A stretch of DNA of 64,000 nucleotides. It comes from Stegostoma tigrinum (taxonomy: Eukaryota). Below, one piece after another: positions 51,728-64,000 of this stretch (positions within the stretch are counted from its first letter, which is position 1; every line of letters starts with the position of its first letter). Both the position numbers and the translations under genes were made by a program. The notes under the pieces were generated by a model that searched no databases, had not been told where the DNA came from, and saw only the letters and a list, made by a program, of their open reading frames with translations. Location of the stretch: contig NC_081383.1 in the NCBI RefSeq assembly GCF_030684315.1, positions 4,530,761-4,594,760 on the forward strand, in the 5' to 3' direction.

Positions 51728-54700
51728 CTGCCACTTTGGGACAAGACTAGGAGATGGACCTGGAAAGCACACGTCATGTTTCGTTGCACATTTCTGGATT
51801 TTTCTAACGTTTAACCTCTGGTTGTCTGAGACATTGTACAAGCGACCAGAGAACTTGTGAGGTGTCTGTTTCAGCTGTGGTGAGTTGAGGATCTACCAGG
51901 TGCCACGACCCTCACCTCCACTTCAGTGAATGGGACTTTCCACAATGCAGATTGGTACTTGGAGCAGGCTACTGATTGATGATCACTACCAAACTCGGAG
52001 GATCCTTCCACCATGAATGACCACGTCTGAACTTTCTTGCGCTTTGACAGGTAATAGGCTTCTGGAAATTCCATTGTTATGTTACCCAGTGCTGTTTTTC
52101 TCACCAAAACGTCAGCAGCAGAATGCAAAGTGTTTCCAGACAAGTGGTTTAAATATTGTTCTGTCATAGTACTCATCACTTGCTGCCAGAGGATATTCAA
52201 GTGTTTAACACCAAACTTGATAGATTTTGTATCTTGAAGCAGGTTGTGAATCTGGTATTAAAAATGCCCCACTCCATCCCATCAGTTAATAGTTCAATCA
52301 CCACCTCATTACACAGTGTAGGCTGCTTTTATTTTGCGTTTTTGTCTGTTTCTTCCTTTGTTTAACAGTGCCATAGTGCTCAGTGGGTCTGTAAATGAAA
52401 TGACCCATACATTACCAAGCAATTAATTTTAGATAGTGATTTCTTCCATTAGTTGATGATATACAGAATATTAAAAAACATCCAAAAGGAACTTTTACAT
52501 CTGATCAGTAGGATTGACACCAGTGTTTCAATATTCCCACAACATGGGATCTTTATTAGCAATGAAGAGGAGATTCTCTCCATCCTTGCTTGATGAGAGA
52601 ATTGATTCTGTACAAGAGCCTAAACAACAGTTTACAACCCGACAACTAGACAGTCTCCTGTCATCACCTCCTAAAACAGTATTTTACACATTTTATTCAG
52701 TGCACACGCACAAATACACACCTCCCCTACATACCTAAGGTTTTGACACCATTGATTCCTTGTGTGTAATAGAGATCACAGATTGTTAATTGAGATTTGG
52801 TTGTGACTGCATTAGTCATGTCCTGTGCAAATTGTGAAAGCATGTCAGCAGATCTGGCAAATCCCCTGCGATTCTGTGATGACATTTTGGGCCCTGGATT
52901 TGAAATCCAGTCAATATTATTGTCTTGCAGTTGGAAGCAATGTCTGCCTTATGTGAGGTTGTCCCTTCTGTTCTGCTGCAGTGAGTCAGAGGTTAACTCT
53001 GTGCACATCAGCAATGTTATTTAACCCTTAAATGCATCTCTTTGAAAGCACTGACATGGACATTACTGTTTGAGGTCATAAACCTACTATGTATTTCCAC
53101 AAATTTATTGTTTTATCTTGACAGTCATACCCGGCTGTTTTAATGTATTAAAAAGTGTTTGTGTGCATGCAGTTCTTTTTCTTTTATAAATCCCTATATC
53201 CACGTTTAAAATGGAAATGTCTATGTAAACATGCCACATGGTAATAAGCCTTCTAGCAATGGGGCTGCTATAGTGCCACCTGTAAATTGGGGCAGAGGTG
53301 TCCCATTTTCACCCTACTGGTGGAATTATTTTCCTGAAGGCACCTCCCATTATAAGATAGAGGGAGGACTGTTTTTTGAGGCCACATCTCAGCAAGGATT
53401 ACTTAGTCTTGCAGAGATCCAGAACAGATTGACCAGAATGATATAGGAGCTAAAAGGTTAAATTATGAAGACATTATTATAGGCCAGGTTGCATTATCCC
53501 AACAATGGAAAATTAATGGAGGGTTCTAATTCATGTGTTTAAGTTGGTTAACATTCAGGGGAGTAATGTCAAGAAGCACTTCCCATTCAAAGGGATACGT
53601 AAATCTGTGACTCTCCAAAAAGGAGGTTTAGGCCAGGCATCAATAGATAATTCTCCACTAAATTGTGAAATTAAGGGCAAATGTTACACAACAAAAAACT
53701 TTAACACAGCAAGTGGCTGAGGTCTGAATGCACTGCCAAGTGAGATGGAAGCAGGTTCAATGGAGATTTTTGAAAGGGAATTAGATTAATACTTGTAAAG
53801 GAAAAATGTGTAAGGTTATATGGGAAGACTATGATTTGCACTAAATGAGACACTCATTCAAAGAGCTGGTGCAGACAAGATAGGCTGAATTGTCTCTTGG
53901 TCCAGAATGTTCCATAATCTAATTGAAGGACAGAAGAGGACAGTGGGGCTGAAAGACCTCCTGTTCCTCCTTTAAAAATTTCTGCACTGTACCTGCCTCT
54001 CTGGGTCATTACTGATGGATGAAGTGTTGTGACAGGAGACTTGATATGACTAAAAATAGAAAGAGAAGGTGTTTCACTGCAGTGCAACGCTGGGAAGAAC
54101 TAGAAGCATTAACTCTGGCCCAAATATTGGTGCAGTCAGCATGACCTGCAAAAATAACTAAGGAGCAGTCTTATCTATCTCTGTTAACTGAGGTGGGTGT
54201 GTGTTAGACTTGCAGATAATGTAATGGCTTGTAAATATTATTTTCTTTTACAGTAGCATTGTCATTCTGATCCATGAGCTACAGCGAGACTGGAACAACT
54301 AAAATTAGAGAGAGGCTGTTTAGGAGTGGTGTCAGCAAGGAGTTGTTCTTCACGCAAAGGGGAATGAAAATCTGGAGATCTCTCACTCAAAAAAAAACTG
54401 TTGAGGCTGGAAATAAATTGCAAGATTTCATAACTGAATTTGGTAGATGTATGGCCAGTCAGGTTTGCATGACCAAGGCAGGTAAATGGAGTTCAGGCCT
54501 CAATGTCGCCTTCTGTTGTATACAGAACACAAAGACAGGATATTAAAGGCAATGAGTAGAAGTGCAATTTATGCTGTTCTTTGAACAATTTCAGTACTCC
54601 AGTTTTTCCAAAAAATAATTTTCCAGTCAGCAGCACTGTTTGACAGATTGTCATTGTACTTGTAAATGTCTCTGACCCTACGCTGCTACGCATTTATCTG

Positions 54701-55129
54701 GCTTTCACAGAAAAACATGCATCAGCAGCCATCAAGGAACTCCAAACAGCAGGACCAGAGTCAGGGTATGACAGAACATATGCCCCATTTTTACAGCACT
54801 AGCTGATGTCTGGTAAGTTGAATGGTCCAGTTTGAATGTTCGTGAATGGGTAAAGTGGGGGAGGTAGTCAGGCCACGTAGTCAGCTGGTTGGTCAGGAAA
54901 GTAATAGGGTTGGAGGGATAGTCACCTATAGGGTGGGTAGTTGGATTTTCAGGTTGTGTGGGGATACATGTCAAGAGGATGGTTTGATCTTATCAGGGGG
55001 TTATAGTCAGCTTGGGTTAGCTGGCGGAAGTAGTCTGGGTCAGGAGAGTTTTGAATTGGGGGTCAGTTGTGTAGTTACCTAGAGGTTGAACTAGTTTTCC
55101 CTCTGATTAATATTTCATGGATGACTACC

Positions 55130-55610
55130 TAGCTATTCACTATATATATTAATGATTACGCTGAGGGTACAAAATGTAATATTTCCAAATTTGCAGATGA
55201 GACAAAGCTGGGTAGAACAGTGAGCTGTGAGGAGGCTGCAGGGATTCTTCAGTGTGATTTGGACAAGCTGAGTGAGTGGGCAAATGCATGGCAGATACAA
55301 TGCAATATGAGTAAATATAAGGTTTTCCACTTTGGGATCGGGGTTATAGTCTGAGGATAAAGGGCGGACTACTTCGGATTGAGATGAGTTTTTTTTCCCC
55401 ACCCAGTGAGTGGTGAACATGTAGAATTGGCCCTCGTAGAAAACAGTCCAGGCAAAATATGATTTCAAGAAGGAGTTGGATACAGCAATTGGGGCTAAAG
55501 TGATCAAAGGATCTGGGGGAAATGTGGGAACAGGCTAGTGAATTGAATGATGAGCCATGGCCAAAATGTATGGCCTACTGCTGCTCCTATTTTATGTGTT
55601 TCTATGTTTT
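55130..55610 (+). mobile_element. CR1 LINE fragment with internal deletion
   Basis: tccaaatttgcagatgagacaaagctggg (SKFADETKLG), then a jump to the 3' end. Confidence 0.75.
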
Positions 55611-56179
55611 ACCTAAGTAAGCACTGTGAAACTATTTGAAATCTCCAATAGTTTACTGTCAGAGACATTTAGACAAGGTGCAAAGAAACAGCACAATCGC
55701 CCATCGGAAACTGAAATTTGCCAAGCACTCTCATATAACTTTTTGCATTAGGACATCCATAAGGTCCTGATGTACATTTTTGGTTGTATGTCCTGTGTCT
55801 GATGATGTGGAGACTGGAGGATTTGGCCCATTTTCTACTGCAATTATTCCATGGAGCAAATAATCTTCATTTGAAGAACAAGACCTCTTGGTAACGTTAC
55901 TGCTAGTTTGCTGCCTTGTTTAATACATATAAAACACACGAAAAGGGCAGCCAGTGACTAGAGAGAATTTTTAAACCAGACTAACTAGATTTAGGCCATT
56001 TGCCCATTTTCATTAAAGAATGAAGTGTGCAGACAAATAAAAGTACATGTAGAGGTTGAAAATATAACATCCTTTTTCCCCCTTTCTGCCAGTCCAGTGA
56101 CAAGTTGGCTGTGTTCACTGAGTACAAGATAAAGGGATGATCTGATTGAGGTGATTGAAATAATAATTTTCTAGGGTAA

Positions 56180-56510
56180 TTTATTTTTTATTTGTTCTTA
56201 GATGTGGTTGGGGTGAGCAAGAAATGATGACCTAATTACCCAGAAGGCAGTTAAGAGTCAACCACATTGCTTTGGGTCTCGAGTTATGTGTAAGCCATAC
56301 CAGCTCAGGATGACAGCTGTCCTTTCCTAAAGGGCATTAGTGAATCAGCTTTACACAATTTATCTGTGGTTATGTGAATGTTATGGATTTTTAAAAGATG
56401 AATTCAAACTTCACCATCTACCATGGTGATATTCAACCCATGTCTCCAGGATATGAGCCTGCATTTCTGGATTACTAGTCTAGTGATATTGCCACTATGA
56501 CACCGCCTCT
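56180..56510 (-). mobile_element. MetaSINE-like SINE
   Basis: ggcagttaagagtcaaccacattgct..tttcctaaagggcattagtgaa is the reverse complement of the 43600-43720 core. Confidence 0.55.
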
Positions 56511-56609
56511 CTAAACAGAAAAACAATTTTCTTTGATGGGAATTACATTGAGAGACATCATCTTAAGCCATGCCATTCAGGAATACAATTAGGAGGCATC
56601 TGTTCACAT

Positions 56610-57295
56610 AGTCATAGAGTTGCATAGCATGAAAACAGATTCTTTGCTCCAACGTGTCCATGCCAACCAAGATATCCTAAATTAATCCACTCCTGTTTGC
56701 CAGCATTTGGCCTGTATCCCTCTAAACCCTTCGTCATCTTGTACCAGCCTCCACCACTTCGTCTAGCAGCCCATTCCATAAATGCACCACCCTCTGTTTG
56801 AAAAGGTTGCCTTTAGGCACCTTTTAAATGTGTTCCCCTTTTACTTTAAACTTATGCTGTCTAGTTTTGGACTCCCCTACTCTGGGGGGAGAAAAGACCT
56901 TGTCTGTTCACCGTTTTCATGCCCTTCGTTATTTTATAAACCTGTAAAAGGTCACCCCTCAGCTTTTGATGTTCCAGGGAAAATAGCCCCATCTTATTTA
57001 ATCTCTCCCTATAGCTTAAATGTTCCAACCCTGGCAACATGCTTTGCTGCACCCTTTCAAGTTTCACAACAACTTTCCTATAGCAGGGAGACCAGAATTG
57101 AACACAGTATTCCAGAAGGGGCCTCACCAATGTTCTGTACAGCTGGAAATATGACCTAACTGCTATACTTCATGCACTGACCAATAAAAGCAAGCGCAGC
57201 ATATGCCTTCTGCACAATCCTATCTACCTGTGACTCGACCTTCAAGGAACAATGAACCTGCACCCCAAGGTCTCTTTGTTTAGTGATACACCCCT
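56610..57295 (-). mobile_element. CR1 LINE 3' fragment
   Basis: Minus-strand VRPLLEYCVQFWSPCYRK..LERVQ..LSYRERL. Confidence 0.85.
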
Positions 57296-57577
57296 GGTAG
57301 GAGAAATAAGTCTTCTCTCCCCAAAGTTGGGAACATTGACGGCCAGTTTTAAAATGAATAGATTTTTGTAAGCAAAAGTATGTACAGATTTGCAGCAGAG
57401 GTAATAAATGGAATTGAGTCACAGATCAGTTGTGATCTGGGGAGCAAGTTCAAGGGGTCATCCTGATAATCCTTTACATAACCTATTTATGCTGTTAGTT
57501 CTATTAGTCATGGAGTTGACTGCTTGCAGACTTGTTCAAGTTTTTTTTGTCTCCATGTCTGCATGAGCTTCAGACCT

Positions 57578-58222
57578 CATAGAACATTACAGCACAGTAC
57601 AGGCCCTTCGGCCCTCGATGTGCCAACCTGTCACACCGAACTCGAGCCCATCTAACCTACACCATTCCATGTACGTCCAGATGCTTATCCAATGACGACT
57701 TAAATGTACCCAAAGCTGGTGAATCTACTACCGTCGCAGGCAAAGCGTTCCATTCCCTTACTACTGAGTAAAGAAACTACCTCTGACATCTGTCCTATAT
57801 CTTTCACCCCTCAATTTAAAGCTATGCCCCCTCGTGCTTGCCGTCACCATCCTAGGAAAAAGGCTCTCCCTATCCACCCTATCGAACCCGCTGATTATTT
57901 TATATGTTTCAATTAAGTCATCTCTAAACCTTCTCTCTAATGAAAACAGCCTCAAGTCCCTCAGCCTTTCCTCGTAAGACCTTCCCTCCATACCTGGCAA
58001 CATCCCAATAAATCTCCTCTGCACCCTTTCTAAAGCTTGCAAATCCTTCTTATAATGCGGTGACCAGAACTGTACACAATACTCCAAGTGCAGCCGCACC
58101 AGAGTTTTGTACAGCTTCACCATAACCTCTTGGTTCCGGAACTCGATCCCTCTATTAATAAAAGCTAAAACACTATGCCTTCTTAACAGCCCCGTCAACC
58201 GGGGTGGCAACTTTCAAGGATC
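57578..58222 (-). mobile_element. CR1 LINE 3' fragment, relatively young
   Basis: Minus-strand 149-aa ORF LYKTLVRLHLEYCVQFWSPHYKKD..SYEERLRDLRLFSLERR..TRGHSFKL. Confidence 0.9.
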
Positions 58223-59454
58223 CTCCTTGGCAAGTTCCTGTTAATCAGCATAAATGTTGAACTGTACAGCTTTGACAGAATTTTCCTAAGCAAAAAATTT
58301 AAAGTAGGTCGGATGCAACTGTGTTGAAAAATGTGCAATACAAGTTTTTAAAAAAAAATTAGTTGTGACTGCGTGATCTAACAATACTTGCACCTATTAT
58401 GCATTGTATCCCTTAGCCTAAAGAATATATTTTTAAATTGAATTACTGTAAAATTGGCAAATAGAGTAACCATTTTACCCACATCAAAGTCCACCGTACT
58501 GCAGTTGTATTAATAACTAGCTTACCTATTTATGGTGAATACTTGAAATGGTAATTCAATCAAAACAGCAGATTTTTCTCCTCTTCACATCATGCTAGAA
58601 AATCTTTGCAATCACCTACATCAGCAGGACATCCTTATATACCCTTGATTTACTATCTCTGCTGAACAGTAAAATGTCCAACGAGACAGGAATTCCTAAC
58701 AACTGCACTGATCAACCAATATTGCCACTTTTTGCCTTAGCATACAAATTAGGAGGAGTACAGCCTGTTCCACTATTCAGTAAGATAATGGCTAATCTGA
58801 TTGTGGCTTCAACTGCACATTTGTGCCTATCCTGACAACTGTTGACTGGCTTGTTAAGAACTTATCTGCCTCTACTTTAAAAGTAATTGATGACCAGATC
58901 TCCACTACTGAATAAGGAAAAAAGAAGTTCCAGATTCTCAAATTTTGGAGGAAAAAAAGTTCTTATCTCAATCATAACTGCGTCCCCCAGTTCTAATCTT
59001 CACAACAAATGAGAAACATGCTTTCAGAATCTACTTTATCAGGGTCCCTCAGCCTTTGTTTCAAATACGTTATTGTTATTTATCTTATGTCATTCTTAAT
59101 TCCAGTGGGCACAAGCTGCTACTGGCCAATGTTTCCACATAATATACCAGCCTTCGCCCCAAACCCAGATGTAGTTGAGTGAACATTCTCATAATATGAG
59201 ATTATATGGCCATGTCCTGTTGTACATGTCCTGTGGGTTTCCCAATTTAAAAAATGTTGATTATTTACAAAGGATTAACAGAAAAAGTAGATGAAATATG
59301 TGGTATGTAACTGAGCCAATACAGGGTTATTACAAATGGTCTGATTGTCAACTATGACTCTATATTAGTACCTTCAAATCTCATTCCAGAGGATCAGCTC
59401 TGTAATCTGGGTTTTCCGTTGTAACCCAAGTTACAAATCTACTCGAACCTTAGA

Positions 59455-59860
59455 TTGGGTCAACTGGGTCTGTATTCACTACGGCTTAGAAGGAGGAGTG
59501 GAGGTCTGATTGAAATGTATATAATTCTAACAAGTCTGGACAGACTAGATGCAGGGAAGATATTTTTCCTAATTGAGAGTGTAGAACCAGGGATAAAAGC
59601 CTTGGGATGCTGAGTGGATGATTTAATACTGAGATGAGGAAACATCATCACTCAGTGGGTAGTGGACCTAGGGAATTCTCTGCCACAGAAGGCTGTGGAA
59701 GCCAAGTCACTAAATATATTCAAGAAAAAGATATATACATTTTGTAGATTTTAAAGGCATAAAAGGGTAGGAGAAGAAAGCAGGAATGTGGCATTGCGAT
59801 AAAAGATCAGTCAAGATCGTATTGAAGCACTGAATGGCTCAATTCTGTTCAGTTTCTATG
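59455..59860 (+). mobile_element. CR1 LINE 3' fragment
   Basis: caactgggtctgtattcact..gggaattctctgccacagaaggctgtggaagccaagtcact. Confidence 0.75.
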
Positions 59861-60086
59861 GAGGGGTAGTGCTAGGGAACTGGAGGATTCTATTTGTCAC
59901 ACCCATCTTCTAAGAATAAGCATAGCAGCTACTGTATAGACTGGTCATTTTAAACTCAGTGGAAAGAATGCTTTTAAAAATCACAAAAGTTAGTAGTTAC
60001 TGAAAGAAAGAAAGCTACCTCACATTGTTAACAATAACTTGTATTGAGGCTTTTAATGAAGTAACAGGAAAGTTGAAAAGGACCAG

Positions 60087-60250
60087 AGGATGCTGGTTCG
60101 AATAAACAAAAACAGAAATTGCGAGAAGAACTCAGCAGGTCTGGCGGCGTTTGTGCAAGAAAGAATGCATGAAGATGCATTTCTCTACAGATGCTGCCAG
60201 ACCTGCTGAGCTTGTCCACAGTTTCTGATTTACGGCATCCGCAGTTTTTT
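60087..60250. mobile_element. Palindromic non-autonomous Penelope-tail-like element (related pieces at about 14950-15040, 16960-17125, 25270-25400)
   Basis: ctcagcaggtctggcggc and its reverse complement gctgccagacctgctgag flank a short loop. Confidence 0.6.
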
Positions 60251-60439
60251 CGATTTCGCCAGAACACTACCTGTGTCTCTGGAATAAAACCACTACGCCA
60301 ACGCCTACCCCTGTACATTTTATGAACCAGGTGCCTGTACAGGTGCGGCAGTATAGTTTGTTATTGGTATTGAGGCTGGGGGCGCGAGGGGCATGTAATT
60401 AAGGTTCTCCTTGCTCGGTGATTAAGCCTTAAGTGTAGG

Positions 60440-60552
60440 TATTTTCTAATCGGCCCGTTCGGGGATGCTGTGACTTACCTCTGGAGCAGGTGGGACTTGA
60501 AGCCGGATCTTCTGACTCAGAGGTAAGGACACTACCACTGCGCCACAAGAGT
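60440..60552 (-). mobile_element. Single ~110-bp tRNA-derived short SINE, CpG-retaining copy
   Basis: Minus strand CTCTTGTGGCGCAGTGGTAGTGTCCTTACCTCTGAGTCAGAAGATCCGGCTTCAAGTCCCACCTGCTCCAGAGG...GATTAGAAAAT. Confidence 0.7.
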
Positions 60553-60729
60553 TCACGGAGCATGGGATCGGATTTGAACTTTGTTGTGAAGCCACTGTAG
60601 TCGAGTAGCAGGGTTGGCACACCGCCTTCAGCTAACAAAAGGAGAACGATAGCATCAGCGTCCACTCAGTTTATCAAAGTTTTGTGACCTTTCTGAAGCC
60701 ATCCTATCCCCTGTCATGTACCTCCATAA

Positions 60730-61310
60730 TCAATCTTCCATTGGTAGCTCCCACTGTCAATCAGCCCGGCACATTGACCCGCCCCTAACGGTAGGATTGA
60801 GAGTGAAGTAAAAGTGAGTGAAATATATTCTGCATTGGAGCCAAAGTCAAAACATTAAAAACGTTTTCTGTCATCTCGTGTCGCAAATAAAATTACTCAC
60901 AGATGTTAAAAGGTCTCCCGCAGACTAACCGATGGTTCCACCCTAGCCCTTCTCTGATTGGTCTAGTGCTTACTACGGTTCAAGCATACCGAGCGATGAT
61001 TGGTTTGGGGAACGTCCATCACACTCATTCTCACCCAATCGGCATTAGTCCATCCTGGCGACGCCCTATTGATGAATGGCTGTGCCAATCACTCTGACGC
61101 CACTTATAATTGGATAAATTGACAAATGCATCGGCAAGTCCTCCCTACGCGGTTAGCCAATCGGATCCTGGGCCGGGCTCAATGGGCGGTCCCGAGCTCG
61201 CGCAGTCTGTTGCCCGCCTGCGGGGAGCGAGTGAATCCGGTGGCGGCAGGTCCTCCAGCATCCCAGCATCCCCTCCCCAATACCACCACACCCCCGCCCC
61301 TCCTCCCCGG
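60730..61310 (+). promoter_or_regulatory. CpG-rich, CCAAT/GC-box promoter and probable non-coding first exon of the next gene
   Basis: Eight CCAAT/ATTGG boxes (60740, 60834, 60957, 60999, 61035, 61085, 61109, 61157), GC boxes at 60778 and 61184, CpG peak at 61140-61250, followed by G-skewed intron-like sequence. Confidence 0.75.
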
Positions 61311-62709
61311 TCCCAACAATATCACCACCAACCACCATCTCCTGGCTCAAAGTTTACAGTCACTGGAGAGGACAGCTGAGGAGAGGGTCAGTGTCAGGGA
61401 CTGACGGAGAGAACGGGGAAACAGGGCTCAGGGAAGGGTGAGACTGGGACTGGAACTGAGGCTGAGGGACGGGGGCTAACACTGAGGAAGGCGAGACAAC
61501 GCCTGAAGGAGGGGAGATAGGAGCTAAGGGAGGGCAGACAGGGCTGAAAGGAGTTGGGAGCTAAGGGAGGGCAGAGGGACACGAGAAAGGGCTCACAGAA
61601 GACGAGAGCTGAGGGAGTGGAGACAGAGCAGGAGTAAGCGGGGAGACTTGAGGTTAGACCAAGGTAGAGAAGATGAGGGTATTTCAGCGTTAGGGGACTG
61701 GGTTAGGCAAGACCCATAGTGAGTCAGAGGGAATGAGGGCGAGCCAGGCAGCTGATGGTCATAGTAATTGAGGGAGTGCCAGGGTAAAATGGAGGGAGCC
61801 TTGGTCAGTGCAGACTGAGGGAAGGAATAGCCAGGCTAAAGGTTTCTAAGGAAAATATAGATTAAGAAGTGAGGGAGGGTAAGTGCAGTGAGAACCACAA
61901 AGGAGGCAAAGTGACAGGCAAGAGTAGATAATATAGAGTAAGAGGCAAGGGTTTTGAGGGATTAGTAGCAGGCTGGAGTTAGTTAAGGGGGTTGGTAGAA
62001 CAGAACGTTGGGCACCTGGGTGTTGAGGATCAGAATGGTAGACTGAGCTAGTAAAGCTGAGATATATACTGGAACAGGCAGGGCTGAACGAGGACAGCAG
62101 AGAGCCTGGTTTACCAAAAAACACATCCAGAGATCGCACAGACCAAGGTAAATACAGCAAAAGTCTGTCCACAACAATCTGCAGTCTGTTTAAAATGTCA
62201 TACTGTATTATCTGTATTCAGCTTGATCTTTAATGGTTTGAATAAATATAATCAATGAGTAGAAGATCTTCTCTTAGACAGGTTGCTGTGCAAGACTGCT
62301 GAATAGTCTTTGATTTTTTTTCCAGTTTTGGCATCTGGTTAGGATCTATTGCAAAATATTGCCCTTTTACAGGCAACACCTAACTTGTAGTTGTTCACAT
62401 TTTTTTGAGAACATTTTACAATTGGAAGTAAACAACTGGCCTTTTAACAATTTCAGGTGGTTTCAAAGGTTAGGCAACGAAGTTGGAAAAAGCTGTATAT
62501 AATGAACATATGCAATCATATGTTTTAAAAGATGGTGTGATTTCCTGAAATTTTTTAGGCCCATTAGTCATCCTTTTTCAGATTTCAGTAGTAGTTGTTT
62601 TCATAACTGTGGGGATTTTCTTTCCTTTTAAAGTAGCACTCATGAACTGCTCCTTTTCGGGGGTGGGGGGGGTGGTGTGGTGGGGCGTAAAAAGATGGTT
62701 TTTGATTAG

Positions 62710-63960
62710 AGTTGAGTTGTACAGCATGGAAACAGACCCTTTGGTCCAACTGGTCTCTGCCGACCAGACATCACAATCTGACTTGTATGTTATCTGACCT
62801 TTGCCAGTATTTGGCCCTAATTCCCCCTCAACCCTTCCTATTCATGTACCCATCCTGATGCCTTTTAAATGTTGTAATTATACCAGCCTCCACCACTTCC
62901 TCTGTTAGGTTGTTCCACATATGCACCAACATCTGTGCCAAAGAGTTACCCCTTGGGTCCTATTTAATCTTTCCCTACTCCCCTTAAACCTGTGTCTTTT
63001 TTGTCTTGAACTCCCACACCCTAGGAAAAAGACTGCAGCTATTCACCATACCTATAACCACTCAATTTTAGAAACCTCTATAAGGTCACCCCTCAGCCTC
63101 AAACACTCCAGGGAAAATAGCCTCAACCTATTCGCCGTCTCCCTATAGCTCAAACCCTCCAATTCCAGCAACATCCCTGTAAGTCTTTACTGAACCGTTT
63201 CAAGTTTCGTAACATCCTTCCAAAGCAGGAAGACAAGAACTGAATGCAGTATTCCAAAAGTAGCCTAACCAATGTCCTATACAGCTGTAACATAACATTC
63301 CAAACTACTATACTCAATTCACTGACCAATAAAGGCAACCATACCAAACACCTTTTACACTGCCCTAGCTACCTGTGACTCCAGTTTCAAACAGCTATGA
63401 ACCTGCACTCCAAGGTCACTGTTCAGCAACATTTCCAGGATCCAACCATTCAGTGTATAAGTCCTTTTTGGTTTTCCTTACCAAAATGCAACACCTCACA
63501 TTTATCTAAATTAAACTTCATCTGCCATTCCTTGGCCCACTGGCCCATCTGATCAAGGCCCTGTTGTACTGAGGTAACCTTCTTCACTATCCGTCACACC
63601 ACCAATTTTGGTGTCATCTGCAAACTTACTAACCATTCCTCCTATTTTTTTCATGTCTAAAGCATTTCTATGACAAAAAGCAGTGGACCAAGCACTGATC
63701 CTAGCAGCCCACCACTGGTCATGGGCCTCCAATCCGAAAGGCAGTACTCTGCCACTGCTCCCCACTGCAGTTTCCTATCTTCAAGCAAATTTTGTATCCA
63801 AATGACTAGCTCTTCCTGTATTCCATGTGGTCTAACCTTGCTAACTAGTACACCATGCAGAGCATTGAATGCCATGCTGAAGTCAGTATAATCAATATCC
63901 ACCACTCTGCCTATATCAATCTTCTTTGGCACTACTTCAAAGTACTCAATCAAATTAGAG
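62710..63960 (-). mobile_element. CR1 LINE fragment (RT domain to 3' UTR), degenerate
   Basis: Minus-strand YTDFSMAFN, GSVLGPLLFVI, SKFADDTKIGG, LYRTLVRLLLEYCIQF. Confidence 0.9.
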
Positions 63961-64000
63961 AGATAACAAGGTGTACAGCTGGATGAACACAGCAAGCCAA

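Noticed and set aside
57761-58210. 149-aa ORF as a functional reverse transcriptase
   Set aside because: Only the C-terminal end of a 5'-truncated CR1 ORF2; no full-length LINE exists in the window.
60478-60552. Possible tRNA-Gln(CTG) gene on the minus strand (also the tRNA-like heads at 24737 and 25835)
   Set aside because: A/B boxes are present but no 3' acceptor stem pairs with the 5' end, and the sequence continues into a SINE body shared by dispersed copies.
61310-64000. Coding exons of SLC25A42 or another gene
   Set aside because: No mitochondrial-carrier motif or credible exon found; the region is purine-rich intron-like sequence and a CR1 fragment.

Overview
Vertebrate genomic DNA, most likely from a cartilaginous fish (shark), judged from HE1-type tRNA SINEs, CR1/HER1-type LINE tails, DeuSINE-like and Penelope-like elements. 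Gene order: last two coding exons and long 3' UTR of GATAD2A (+, 473-2429); two intact, intronless 270-aa TSSK6 paralogs in tandem (-, 18205-19017 and 32174-32986, about 73% aa identical by manual count); a complete 7-coding-exon ARMC6 (+, 38146-51727, 466 aa); and a CCAAT-dense CpG-rich promoter at about 60.7-61.3 kb for a + strand gene whose coding exons are not visible (possibly SLC25A42 by human synteny). The rest is mostly decayed transposons. The most notable observations are: the TSSK6 duplication with a conserved TATA/5' UTR module and an out-of-frame uATG at exactly -13 in both copies; a near-perfect 131-bp local inverted duplication in an ARMC6 intron; minimal hammerhead ribozyme motifs in Penelope elements; a tandem array of a ~110-bp tRNA-derived element; and a triple-nested SINE/SINE/solo-LTR insertion. 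I see no evidence for a wholly new multi-gene system. TE family names come from recalled consensus features, not database searches, and TE boundaries are approximate unless a TSD is given.
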